The position numbers and the translations under genes were made by a program. Below, piece by piece: positions 9,641 through 18,320 of a stretch of DNA of 40,000 nucleotides. The stretch is from Anoxybacillus ayderensis (GTDB taxonomy: Bacteria > Bacillota > Bacilli > Bacillales > Anoxybacillaceae): positions 223,312 through 263,311 of the forward strand of contig NZ_JXTG01000001.1 in the NCBI RefSeq assembly GCF_000833605.1, given 5' to 3'. A model generated the notes under the pieces. The model worked only from the letters and a program-made list of their open reading frames with translations. It was not told the origin of the DNA and ran no database searches. Position 1 is the first letter of the stretch. Each line of letters begins with the position of its first letter.

Positions 9641-11653
9641 ATGGACATGAATCAATACCTCGAAGTGTTTATTGATGAAAGTAAAGAACATTTACAAACG
9701 ATTAACGAACAATTGTTAGAGCTTGAAAAAAATCCAGATGACGTGTCGATCGTCAATGAAATTTTCCGTTCTGCCCACACGTTAAAAGGGATGTCAGCGA
9801 CGATGGGATTTGAGGACTTAGCGAATTTAACACACCAAATGGAAAATGTGCTTGATGGCATTCGCAATGGGAAAATTGCTGTGACACCTGAGTTGCTTGA
9901 TGTCATTTTCCGTGCCGTTGACGATTTAGAAGCGATGGTTGTTTCCATTGCGGAAGGTGGGGATGGAAAGCGTGACGTTACAGCCGTTGTCGCGCAGTTA
10001 AAGCAAATCGAAAAAGGAGAAGTCGTTGTCGCTCCACAAAAAAGCAATGCAATCCAAGAGCAAACATACGATGAATTTGAATACACCATTTTAAAACAGT
10101 CAGCTGAGCAAGGATTTCATAGCTACGAAGTGAGCGTAAAATTGCGTTCCGACTGCTTATTAAAAGCGGCTCGTGTATTTATGATTTTTGAAGTCATTGA
10201 ACAAATTGGTGAAGTAATCAAATCTGTTCCGTCAGTAGAAATGCTTGAAGCAGAACAATTTGACGATCAATTTGTCGTGACAGTTGTGACAAAAGTATCA
10301 CAAGATGAGTTACAAAAACGCATTATGAAAGTGTCCGAGGTAGAAGAAGTAAACGTTCAGCCGGTTGATTTACATAGATCTGAAAACACGGTCGAACAAA
10401 AAGAAGAGCAGAAAGAGGAACAAAAAGAAGAAACAAAAACGGTTGAACAAACGGTTGAGAAAAAACAAGAAGCACAAGAAGAAAAGCAAACGGGAAAGCA
10501 AGTGAGCAATAAAACGATTCGCGTAAATATTGAGCGGCTCGACATATTAATGAATTTGTTCGAAGAGCTCGTCATTGATCGCGGCCGATTGGAACAAATT
10601 TCACGCGAGCTAAACAACCCAGAATTACACGAAACGGTTGAACGTATGTCACGCATTTCAGGCGATTTGCAAAACATCATTTTAAATATGCGCATGGTCC
10701 CTGTTGAAACGGTATTTAACCGCTTCCCGCGCATGGTTCGTCAATTAGCTCGCGATTTAGGAAAGAAAATTAACCTTGAAATTATCGGAGCAGAAACGGA
10801 GCTTGATCGCACGGTGATTGATGAGATCGGCGATCCGCTCGTTCACTTATTGCGCAATGCGATCGACCACGGTATTGAAACGCCAGATGTGCGCCGTGCG
10901 AAAGGAAAGCCGGAAGAGGGGACAGTCAAGTTAAAAGCGTATCATAGCGGCAACCATGTATTTATTGAAATTGAAGATGACGGTGCAGGCATTAGCCGTG
11001 AAAAAGTGTTGAGAAAAGCGATTAGTAAAGGGATTATCTCCGAGCAAAATGCGGCGAATTTAACGGATAAACAAGTATATGAGCTTATTTTTGCTTCAGG
11101 TTTTTCGACAGCAGATAAAGTATCTGATATTTCTGGACGTGGCGTCGGCTTAGATGTTGTAAAAAGCACGATCGAATCGCTTGGTGGTTCGGTATCAATT
11201 GATTCAGAGGAAGGAGTCGGCTCCGTCTTTTCGATTCAACTACCGCTTACACTATCTATTATTTCTGTCATGTTAGTTGAAATTCAAAAGGAAAAATATG
11301 CGATTCCACTGTCATCTATTATCGAAACGGCTATTGTCAAGAAAGAAGATATTTTACATGCTCATAACCAAAAAGTCATTGATTTCCGTGGAAAAGTTGT
11401 TCCGCTTTTATTCTTAAAAGATATTTTTGAAGTGCCTGTCGTCAAGGAAGAAGACGATTTCTTATCGGTCGTCATGGTGCGGAAGGGTGAAAAAATGGCT
11501 GGACTTGTCGTCGATTCGTTTATTGGTCAACAAGAAGTGGTGTTAAAATCGCTTGGCAACTACTTAACGTCCGTGTTTGCGATTTCTGGAGCGACCATTT
11601 TAGGTGACGGACAAGTGGCGCTCATTATTGACTGCAATGCGCTCATTAAGTAG
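9641..11653 (+). CDS. cheA: Chemotaxis histidine kinase CheA
   Basis: HPt domain (FRSAHTLKGMSATMG), dimerisation domain, HATPase domain (HLLRNAIDHG, DDGAGI, GRGVGLDVV) and a C-terminal CheW-like domain. ATG 9641 follows GAGGGGGA; the track start at 9623 overlaps the cheB stop and lacks an SD. Confidence 0.96.
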   Translation: MDMNQYLEVFIDESKEHLQTINEQLLELEKNPDDVSIVNEIFRSAHTLKGMSATMGFEDLANLTHQMENVLDGIRNGKIAVTPELLDVIFRAVDDLEAMVVSIAEGGDGKRDVTAVVAQLKQIEKGEVVVAPQKSNAIQEQTYDEFEYTILKQSAEQGFHSYEVSVKLRSDCLLKAARVFMIFEVIEQIGEVIKSVPSVEMLEAEQFDDQFVVTVVTKVSQDELQKRIMKVSEVEEVNVQPVDLHRSENTVEQKEEQKEEQKEETKTVEQTVEKKQEAQEEKQTGKQVSNKTIRVNIERLDILMNLFEELVIDRGRLEQISRELNNPELHETVERMSRISGDLQNIILNMRMVPVETVFNRFPRMVRQLARDLGKKINLEIIGAETELDRTVIDEIGDPLVHLLRNAIDHGIETPDVRRAKGKPEEGTVKLKAYHSGNHVFIEIEDDGAGISREKVLRKAISKGIISEQNAANLTDKQVYELIFASGFSTADKVSDISGRGVGLDVVKSTIESLGGSVSIDSEEGVGSVFSIQLPLTLSIISVMLVEIQKEKYAIPLSSIIETAIVKKEDILHAHNQKVIDFRGKVVPLLFLKDIFEVPVVKEEDDFLSVVMVRKGEKMAGLVVDSFIGQQEVVLKSLGNYLTSVFAISGATILGDGQVALIIDCNALIK

Positions 11654-11678
11654 GGACAAGCGAGAGGGGGAATATAAT

Positions 11679-12110
11679 GTGGCTGAGCTGAAAGTGATTG
11701 TATTTCAATTAAAAGACGAAGAATATGCCATTCCAGTTCAACAAGTGCGTTCAATTGAAAAAATTCAACATATTACGCGCGTTCCTCGCGTTCCGAAGTA
11801 TGTGAAAGGCGTCATCAATTTGCGCGGCGTTGTAACACCGATTATTGACTTGCGCATGCGTTTCGGTTTAGAGGAAGCCGAGTTTTCTGACCATACGCGC
11901 GTCATTATCGTTGCGCTCGATGATATGGAAGTCGGTTTAATTGTTGATGCGGCAAACGATGTCGTTGATATTTCAACAGAAGCGATTGAACCGCCACCAG
12001 AGGTAGTGGATACATCAACAGCGGAATATATTAACGGTGTTGTGAAAATTGGAAAACGACTATTCATTTTATTAAACTTAGAAAAAGTATTAAAAACAGA
12101 GAAAGGATAA
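11679..12110 (+). CDS. cheW: Chemotaxis coupling protein CheW
   Basis: CheW domain (VIVFQLKDEEYAIPVQQVRSIE...VINLRGVVTPIIDLR). GTG 11679 lies 8 nt after GAGAGGGGG. The track start at 11604 is inside cheA. Confidence 0.93.
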   Translation: MAELKVIVFQLKDEEYAIPVQQVRSIEKIQHITRVPRVPKYVKGVINLRGVVTPIIDLRMRFGLEEAEFSDHTRVIIVALDDMEVGLIVDAANDVVDISTEAIEPPPEVVDTSTAEYINGVVKIGKRLFILLNLEKVLKTEKG

Positions 12111-12117
12111 ATCGTCC

Positions 12118-12753
12118 ATGTCATATTTTGAACGGATGGATGCCTTCCATATGGACATACTAAAAGAGATTGGAAATATTGGTGCGGGTCACGCAGCAAC
12201 AGCGTTATCGAAGCTGTTAAATAAAAAAATTGAAATGACGATTCCGGATGTGCGTATCATTTCATTTGATGAAATGATGGATATTGTTGGAGGAGCTGAC
12301 AATGTCGTCGCCGCTGTTTTCTTGCGCATTGAAGGAGATGCGCCGGGGAATATGTTTTTCGTATTATCTATTGAACAAGCGGAGCGGTTTATTCAGCAAA
12401 TGATTGGCGATGAACAGTTTAAACTAGAGCAAGATTGTTCCGAATTGTCGCTATCTGCGTTGCAAGAGCTAGGCAACATTTTAGCCGGTTCGTATTTATC
12501 GTCTTTGTCAGATTTTACTCATTTAAATTTATATCCATCTGTTCCGGCGCTTAGCATTGATATGATTGGTGCGATTTTAAGCTATGGATTAATTGAAATG
12601 TCGCGCGTTGGCGATCATGTCATTGTCGTTGATACAGCCATTCATGAAGAACATCAGCCTGATGACCGTGTAAATGGACACTTTTTCCTACTCCCTGACC
12701 CTGAATCATTTCACATTATTTTTCGGGCTTTAGGTGTGGAACATGATGAGTGA
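12118..12753 (+). CDS. cheC: CheY-P phosphatase CheC
   Basis: Two CheC active-site repeats ([19 protein letters not shown] and [19 protein letters not shown]). 211 aa. Confidence 0.93.
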   Translation: MSYFERMDAFHMDILKEIGNIGAGHAATALSKLLNKKIEMTIPDVRIISFDEMMDIVGGADNVVAAVFLRIEGDAPGNMFFVLSIEQAERFIQQMIGDEQFKLEQDCSELSLSALQELGNILAGSYLSSLSDFTHLNLYPSVPALSIDMIGAILSYGLIEMSRVGDHVIVVDTAIHEEHQPDDRVNGHFFLLPDPESFHIIFRALGVEHDE

Positions 12754-13246
12754 AATTGTTCAAGTAGTAAAAGTAGGAATTGCTGACATGAATGTAGTAA
12801 AGGCACCACATGTCATTCGTACATGTGGACTTGGCTCTTGCGTCGGTGTCGTTGTGTATGATTTAGCAAAAGAAGTGGCAGGGATGGCGCATGTCATGCT
12901 CCCTGACTCATCGTTAGCAAAATCCGAAAACATGAATGTAGCAAAATATGCCGACACTGCGATTGAAGAGTTAGTGCGCCGAGTCATTGGGGCGGGGGGA
13001 AGAAATGGTCATTTGAAGGCAAAAATGGCTGGCGGTGCGCAAATGTTTCAGTTTCGTACAGGTACGACAGATATGATGCGCATCGGACCGCGCAACGTTG
13101 AGGCTGTTCGTGAGCAGCTTCAACGTTTTCGCATCCCAATCGTTGCTGAAGACGTCGGAGGGAGTAGTGGACGAACGATTGAATTTCATCCGAAAACAGG
13201 CATGTTGCTCATTCGAACAGTAAATCAAGGGGTACGGGAAATGTAA
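12743..13246 (+). CDS. cheD: Chemoreceptor glutamine deamidase CheD
   Basis: CheD family ([14 protein letters not shown] catalytic Cys region, AHVMLP). It overlaps the cheC stop. The start is ATG 12743, or possibly 12746 or GTG 12734. Confidence 0.93.
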   Translation: MMSEIVQVVKVGIADMNVVKAPHVIRTCGLGSCVGVVVYDLAKEVAGMAHVMLPDSSLAKSENMNVAKYADTAIEELVRRVIGAGGRNGHLKAKMAGGAQMFQFRTGTTDMMRIGPRNVEAVREQLQRFRIPIVAEDVGGSSGRTIEFHPKTGMLLIRTVNQGVREM

Positions 13247-13560
13247 TGGCTAGTACATGGAAATTTAACGTGATGTTTGCCTTATTTGGCTGTATCGTCG
13301 CTTTTTTTTCTTCATTATTGCAAAATAGTGTATCGACATCTATGATACGTGCGTTGATCGCATTTGTTATTTTCTTTGTTTTTGCATTTATCATTCGTTG
13401 GATGATGGCGTTTATTCAAAAAGATGTATCGACACAAAACATGTCGTTCACATCATCAGATGAAATCGAAGTGGAACAGATGATTGAAAATTTAAACGAA
13501 GAAGAGCAACAAAAAGTAGCAGAGTATATTCGGCAACTATTGAGGCAGGAAGAAAAGTAA
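13246..13560 (+). CDS. Hypothetical small membrane protein (2 predicted TM helices plus an acidic C-terminal tail)
   Basis: Its ATG shares one base with the cheD stop (TAATG at 13244-13248). The ORF fills the whole cheD-sigD gap. It has two hydrophobic stretches (NVMFALFGCIVAFFSSLL and IRALIAFVIFFVFAFIIRWMMAF), then EIEVEQMIENLNEEEQQKVAEYIRQLLRQEEK. I recognise no family. Confidence 0.65.
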   Translation: MASTWKFNVMFALFGCIVAFFSSLLQNSVSTSMIRALIAFVIFFVFAFIIRWMMAFIQKDVSTQNMSFTSSDEIEVEQMIENLNEEEQQKVAEYIRQLLRQEEK

Positions 13561-13588
13561 ATGAACGTTAACATTTAGGGGGGATGAT

Positions 13589-14329
13589 ATGATTGAGCAA
13601 TGCTGGCAAAAGTGGATTGATGCTCGCGATCGCGAGGCTTGCGATCAACTGATTGAAAAATATATGCCACTTGTCGATTATCATGTGCAACGTATTGCTT
13701 CATCCCTTCCGAAAAGCGTGAAAAGAGAAGATTTAAAAAGTTTAGCGCTACTTGGCTTATATGATGCGCTAGAAAAGTTCGATCCTTCACGCGATTTAAA
13801 ATTTGATACGTATGCTTCCTTTCGCATTCGTGGCGCGATTTTAGACGGATTGCGCAAAGAAGATTGGCTTCCGCGCAGCGTACGAGACAAGGCGAAAAAA
13901 ATAGAAGCAACAATTGAGCAGTTGCAACAAACTTACATGCGTGATGTCAGCGCTAAAGAAGTGGCGGAAGCATTAAACATTTCAGAAGATGAAGTGTATG
14001 CGGTGATGAGCGAACAGTTTTTCGCCAATGTTTTATCTTTAGATGAGCGACCGTTTGATGATGACGACGATCAACCGTCATTTACGATTCGCGATGATCG
14101 ATCTCTGTCGCCCGAAGAACATATGTTGCGTGAAGAACAAATTGCGCAATTAGCGAATATCATTCAACAGCTAAATGAAAAAGAACAGCTAGTCATTAGT
14201 TTATTTTACAAAGAAGAATTGACGTTTACAGAAATCGGACATATTATGGGACTGTCCACGTCACGAATTTCCCAAATTCACGCAAAAGCCTTATTTAAAA
14301 TGCGCAAACTGATTGAGCAAGCGATATGA
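13589..14329 (+). CDS. sigD: Flagellar sigma factor SigD (sigma-28/FliA family)
   Basis: Region 2 (LLGLYDALEKFDP...FDTYASFRIRGAILD) and a region 4 HTH (LTFTEIGHIMGLSTSRISQIHAKAL). SD GGGGGGA lies upstream of ATG 13589. Confidence 0.95.
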   Translation: MIEQCWQKWIDARDREACDQLIEKYMPLVDYHVQRIASSLPKSVKREDLKSLALLGLYDALEKFDPSRDLKFDTYASFRIRGAILDGLRKEDWLPRSVRDKAKKIEATIEQLQQTYMRDVSAKEVAEALNISEDEVYAVMSEQFFANVLSLDERPFDDDDDQPSFTIRDDRSLSPEEHMLREEQIAQLANIIQQLNEKEQLVISLFYKEELTFTEIGHIMGLSTSRISQIHAKALFKMRKLIEQAI

Positions 14330-14363
14330 CAGTCCTTCATCACTTTATGAAGGAAGTGAGAAC

Positions 14364-14621
14364 ATGAGTTTAAAATTAGTCGAGTTACAAGTGGCGTTGC
14401 CGAAAACGCATGAGCTCGGAAAATGGCAAGAACATATGCAACAATACGGACAGCTTGCTCAGCAACAGCTTGCAACAGAAATGAAAAAACAAGATGAGCG
14501 CATTCGGCAACAAGTGACGAGAGCGGAACAAAGCGAACGCGCGAAGTGGAAAAAACAGTCTGAGAAAAAAGAAAAAAGTAAACATCCTTACAAAGGAACA
14601 CATATTGATTTTATCGGATAA
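14364..14621 (+). CDS. Hypothetical 85-aa Q/K/E-rich soluble protein
   Basis: ATG 14364 follows GGAAGTGAG. The ORF ends 10 nt before the swrB start and fills an otherwise ~300-nt gap in a tightly packed operon. It has no TM segment and ends in HPYKGTHIDFIG. The in-frame ATG at 14313 overlaps sigD and lacks an SD. Confidence 0.55.
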   Translation: MSLKLVELQVALPKTHELGKWQEHMQQYGQLAQQQLATEMKKQDERIRQQVTRAEQSERAKWKKQSEKKEKSKHPYKGTHIDFIG

Positions 14622-14631
14622 GAGGGATGAT

Positions 14632-15087
14632 ATGACGACGTTTTTATGGTTGATCAGCTTCGTTCTGCATGGTGTCTCGCTTTTTCTCATTATTCTTTTA
14701 TCATTAAAATGGGCAAAAATTAAAGAGACAGAAAGAGAGCAAGCGGAGCTAATTCGCGAAATGGAAACGATGATGACGACATATTTAATGCAGTTTAAAG
14801 AGGAAAACGAACGATTTGTTAAACAAATGACATCATCGGCCGTTCGTCAAAAGAAAAAAGAAGCCTCTCCCCTATTTCGAGACGAACAAGTGCGACTTCC
14901 AGTTGACGACGTTGTTGACCGAGTGGAATTATCAACAACTTCGCCGAAGGAAGAGCCGTCGCTCGAGTCGCTCATTTCAGAAGCGTTAAAACTTCAACAA
15001 CAAGGAAAAACAATGGATGAAATCGCGAAAGCATTGAAGCGTGGGAAGACAGAAATAGAGCTTTTGCTTAAATTTCACCAAAAGTAG
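14632..15087 (+). CDS. swrB: Swarming/flagellar assembly protein SwrB (YlxL)-like
   Basis: Single N-terminal TM helix (TFLWLISFVLHGVSLFLIILL), a charged coiled region and a C-terminal HTH-like tail (GKTMDEIAKALKRGKTEIELLLKF). It is the last gene before rpsB, as swrB is in B. subtilis. ATG 14632 follows AGAGGGA. Confidence 0.65.
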   Translation: MTTFLWLISFVLHGVSLFLIILLSLKWAKIKETEREQAELIREMETMMTTYLMQFKEENERFVKQMTSSAVRQKKKEASPLFRDEQVRLPVDDVVDRVELSTTSPKEEPSLESLISEALKLQQQGKTMDEIAKALKRGKTEIELLLKFHQK

Positions 15088-15116
15088 TTGAATGTGCTTT
15101 TTAATTATGATATAGT
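15088..15116 (+). promoter_or_regulatory. Putative sigma-A promoter of rpsB-tsf
   Basis: TTGAAT (15088-15093), a 17-nt spacer, then TATAGT (15111-15116) with an extended -10 TG at 15108-15109. Read directly from the sequence, not tested. Confidence 0.55.
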
Positions 15117-15137
15117 TCTATTTGGTGTGAATACACA

Positions 15138-15196
15138 CGCTCATCGATTTAAGCAACGGTGCTGCTTTGCAGTCTTGCTTAAAAATGACGTGAGCG
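15138..15196 (+). promoter_or_regulatory. Structured rpsB 5' leader (nested stem-loop)
   Basis: Outer pairing is CGCTCA (15138-15143) with TGAGCG (15191-15196). Inner 9-bp pairing is TTTAAGCAA (15148-15156) with TTGCTTAAA (15175-15183), and a small CTGC/GCAG tip sits inside it. The 3' arm abuts an upstream SD-like GGAGG (15196-15200). Confidence 0.4.
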
Positions 15197-15223
15197 GAGG
15201 AAAAAAACCATCTAGGAGGATGA

Positions 15224-15934
<711 letters not shown>

Positions 15935-15941
15935 ACATGTG

Positions 15942-15981
15942 AAAGGTGATAAGAGGGGGAAGCCTTTTATCACCTTTTTTT
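15942..15981 (+). terminator. Rho-independent terminator/attenuator after rpsB
   Basis: 11-bp stem AAAGGTGATAA (15942-15952) with TTATCACCTTT (15967-15977), followed by a T-run. Confidence 0.8.
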
Positions 15982-16064
15982 AAGAAAATCGGGCATACTA
16001 AGCATACAAACCGTTTCGGTTTGTGTACATACGATTTCGCACATAAAAAAGGAGGATGTTTGAC

Positions 16065-16946
16065 ATGGCAATTACTGCTCAAATGGTAAAAGAATTGCGC
16101 GAAAAAACAGGTGCAGGAATGATGGACTGCAAAAAAGCATTAACAGAAACAAACGGTGATATGGAAAAAGCGATCGACTGGCTTCGTGAAAAAGGAATGG
16201 CGAAAGCAGCGAAGAAAGCAGATCGTATCGCAGCGGAAGGAACAACGTTAATCGAAGTAGATGAAAATACAGCAGTGATTTTAGAAGTAAACTCTGAAAC
16301 AGACTTCGTTGCGAAAAACGAAGGGTTTAAAACATTAGTAAAAGAATTAGCTGACCATTTATTAAAACATAAACCTGCAACAGTCGAAGAAGCTTTACAA
16401 CAAAAAATGGATAACGGTGCGACAGTAGAAGAACACATTAATGCAGCGATCGCTAAAATTGGTGAAAAAATTACATTACGTCGCTTTGCGGTTGTTGAAA
16501 AAGGAGACAACGCTGCATTCGGTGCGTACTTACACATGGGTGGTCGCATTGCTGTATTAACTGTATTAGAAGGTACAACAAATAGCGACGTTGCGAAAGA
16601 TGTAGCGATGCACATCGCGGCAATTAATCCAAAATACGTTTCTCGCGATGAAGTATCTGCAGATGAAATCGCTCGCGAGCGCGAAGTGTTAAAACAACAA
16701 GCATTAAATGAAGGAAAGCCTGAAAATATCGTTGAAAAAATGGTTGAAGGCCGTTTAGGCAAATTCTTTGAAGACATTTGCTTACTTGAGCAAAGCTTCG
16801 TGAAAAATCCAGATGTGAAAGTGCGTCAATTTGTAGAGTCTAATGGTGCAACTGTGAAAAGCTTCATCCGTTACGAAGTAGGCGAAGGTATTGAAAAGCG
16901 CCAAGATAACTTTGCTGAAGAAGTTATGAGCCAAGTTCGTAAGTAA
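16065..16946 (+). CDS. tsf: Elongation factor Ts
   Basis: [29 protein letters not shown] 16065 lies 9 nt after GGAGG. The track ATG at 16056 is immediately adjacent to that SD. Confidence 0.98.
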   Translation: MAITAQMVKELREKTGAGMMDCKKALTETNGDMEKAIDWLREKGMAKAAKKADRIAAEGTTLIEVDENTAVILEVNSETDFVAKNEGFKTLVKELADHLLKHKPATVEEALQQKMDNGATVEEHINAAIAKIGEKITLRRFAVVEKGDNAAFGAYLHMGGRIAVLTVLEGTTNSDVAKDVAMHIAAINPKYVSRDEVSADEIAREREVLKQQALNEGKPENIVEKMVEGRLGKFFEDICLLEQSFVKNPDVKVRQFVESNGATVKSFIRYEVGEGIEKRQDNFAEEVMSQVRK

Positions 16947-16953
16947 TGAAGAC

Positions 16954-16985
16954 AAATAGGGAACACATATGTGTTCCCTATTTTT
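16954..16985 (+). terminator. Rho-independent terminator after tsf
   Basis: 10-bp stem TAGGGAACAC (16957-16966) with GTGTTCCCTA (16971-16980), an ATAT loop and a flanking T-run. Confidence 0.85.
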
Positions 16986-17008
16986 AAAGAACGGTATGGA
17001 GGTTTACA

Positions 17009-17731
17009 ATGGAAAGTCCAAAGTATAAACGTGTCGTTTTAAAACTAAGCGGTGAAGCGTTAGCGGGAGAGCAAGGATTTGGAATTAATCCGTCTGTCAT
17101 TAAATCGATCGCTCAACAAGTAAAAGAAGTGGCAGAACTAGGAGTCGAAGTTGCCGTTGTCGTTGGGGGCGGAAACATTTGGCGTGGAAAAATTGGTAGC
17201 GAAATGGGGATGGACCGCGCCACAGCTGATTACATGGGAATGTTAGCAACGGTGATGAACTCGCTCGCGCTGCAAGATAGCTTAGAGCAGCTCGGTGTAC
17301 AAACGCGTGTGCAAACGTCGATTGAAATGCGCCAAGTAGCCGAGCCGTACATTCGAAGAAGAGCGATTCGTCACTTAGAGAAAAAACGTGTCGTCATTTT
17401 TGCAGCAGGAACAGGAAACCCGTACTTTTCAACAGATACGACAGCCGCGCTTCGTGCTGCAGAAATTGAAGCGGATGTCATTTTAATGGCGAAAAACAAC
17501 GTAGACGGTGTATATAGCGCCGATCCAAAAGTGGACAAAAACGCAGTCAAATATGATGAACTCTCTTATTTAGATGTCATTAAACAAGGATTAGGCGTCA
17601 TGGACTCGACTGCTTCATCGCTATGTATGGATAACGATATTCCACTCATTGTTTTCTCCATTATGGAAGAAGGAAATATTAAACGTGCTGTATTAGGTGA
17701 AAATATCGGAACAATTGTAAGGGGGAAATAA
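17009..17731 (+). CDS. pyrH: Uridylate (UMP) kinase
   Basis: [13 protein letters not shown]... GGGNIWRG... amino-acid-kinase fold, 240 aa. Confidence 0.97.
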   Translation: MESPKYKRVVLKLSGEALAGEQGFGINPSVIKSIAQQVKEVAELGVEVAVVVGGGNIWRGKIGSEMGMDRATADYMGMLATVMNSLALQDSLEQLGVQTRVQTSIEMRQVAEPYIRRRAIRHLEKKRVVIFAAGTGNPYFSTDTTAALRAAEIEADVILMAKNNVDGVYSADPKVDKNAVKYDELSYLDVIKQGLGVMDSTASSLCMDNDIPLIVFSIMEEGNIKRAVLGENIGTIVRGK

Positions 17732-17732
17732 C

Positions 17733-18284
17733 ATGCAAGTATTAACGAACGCGAAAGAAAAGATGGATAAAGCGGTTCAAGCTTTTTCACGTGAACTTGC
17801 AACGATTCGTGCAGGTCGTGCGAATCCTGCATTATTAGAAAAAATTACGGTCGATTACTACGGCATGCCAACGCCAATTATTCAATTAGCCGGCATTCAA
17901 GTGCCTGAAGCGCGCCTGCTTGTCATTCAACCGTATGACAAATCTGTATTGAAAGAAATCGAAAAGGCGATTTTAGCATCAGATTTAGGTTTAACACCTT
18001 CAAACGACGGTTCAGTCATTCGCATTGCGATTCCACCGCTTACTGAAGAGCGCCGCCGTGAACTCGTTAAGCTTGTGAAAAAATATGCTGAAGAAGCAAA
18101 AGTCGCTGTGCGCAACATTCGTCGCGATGCAAACGACGAGTTGAAAAAGCTAGAGAAAAACGGTGAAATTACTGAAGATGAATTGCGCGGTTATACAGAA
18201 GATATTCAAAAACTAACAGACGATCATATCGCAAAAATCGATGCGATTACGAAAGAAAAAGAGAAAGAAGTGATGGAAGTATAA
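17733..18284 (+). CDS. frr: Ribosome recycling factor
   Basis: RRF family ([19 protein letters not shown]..., [13 protein letters not shown]). The start is 1 nt after the pyrH stop. Confidence 0.97.
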   Translation: MQVLTNAKEKMDKAVQAFSRELATIRAGRANPALLEKITVDYYGMPTPIIQLAGIQVPEARLLVIQPYDKSVLKEIEKAILASDLGLTPSNDGSVIRIAIPPLTEERRRELVKLVKKYAEEAKVAVRNIRRDANDELKKLEKNGEITEDELRGYTEDIQKLTDDHIAKIDAITKEKEKEVMEV

Positions 18285-18286
18285 GT

Positions 18287-18312
18287 CCCTCTATGTTTAT
18301 AGAGGGTTTTTT
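18287..18312 (+). terminator. Rho-independent terminator after frr
   Basis: CCCTCTAT (18287-18294), GTTT loop, ATAGAGGG (18299-18306), then TTTTTT. Confidence 0.85.
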
Positions 18313-18320
18313 GTTATAAT
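18312..18320 (+). promoter_or_regulatory. Putative extended -10 promoter for uppS-cdsA-dxr-rseP-proS(-polC)
   Basis: TGTTATAAT is a perfect TGnTATAAT immediately after the frr terminator. There is no good -35 element. Confidence 0.4.

Noticed and set aside
11604-11678. N-terminal extensions in the ORF track, e.g. cheW from 11604, rbfA from 33115, rimP from 28570, truB from 33627, ylxQ from 30429, ylxR from 30182 and proS from 22366.
   Set aside because: The extensions overlap the preceding gene or a terminator, lack an SD and do not match remembered ortholog N-termini. Downstream starts with properly spaced SDs were used instead.
13581-13592. An identical 12-mer, GGGATGATATGA, spanning the SD and start codon of both sigD (13581-13592) and swrB (14624-14635).
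   Set aside because: By rough estimate, tens of chance 12-mer identities are expected within 40 kb. The sequence is essentially SD plus ATG, so coincidence is the simplest explanation.
16079-16777. 232-aa minus-strand ORF, the longest antisense ORF in the window.
   Set aside because: It is the exact antisense of tsf (EF-Ts), whose identity is unambiguous. A long stop-free antisense frame is the expected by-product of the codon bias of a highly expressed gene.
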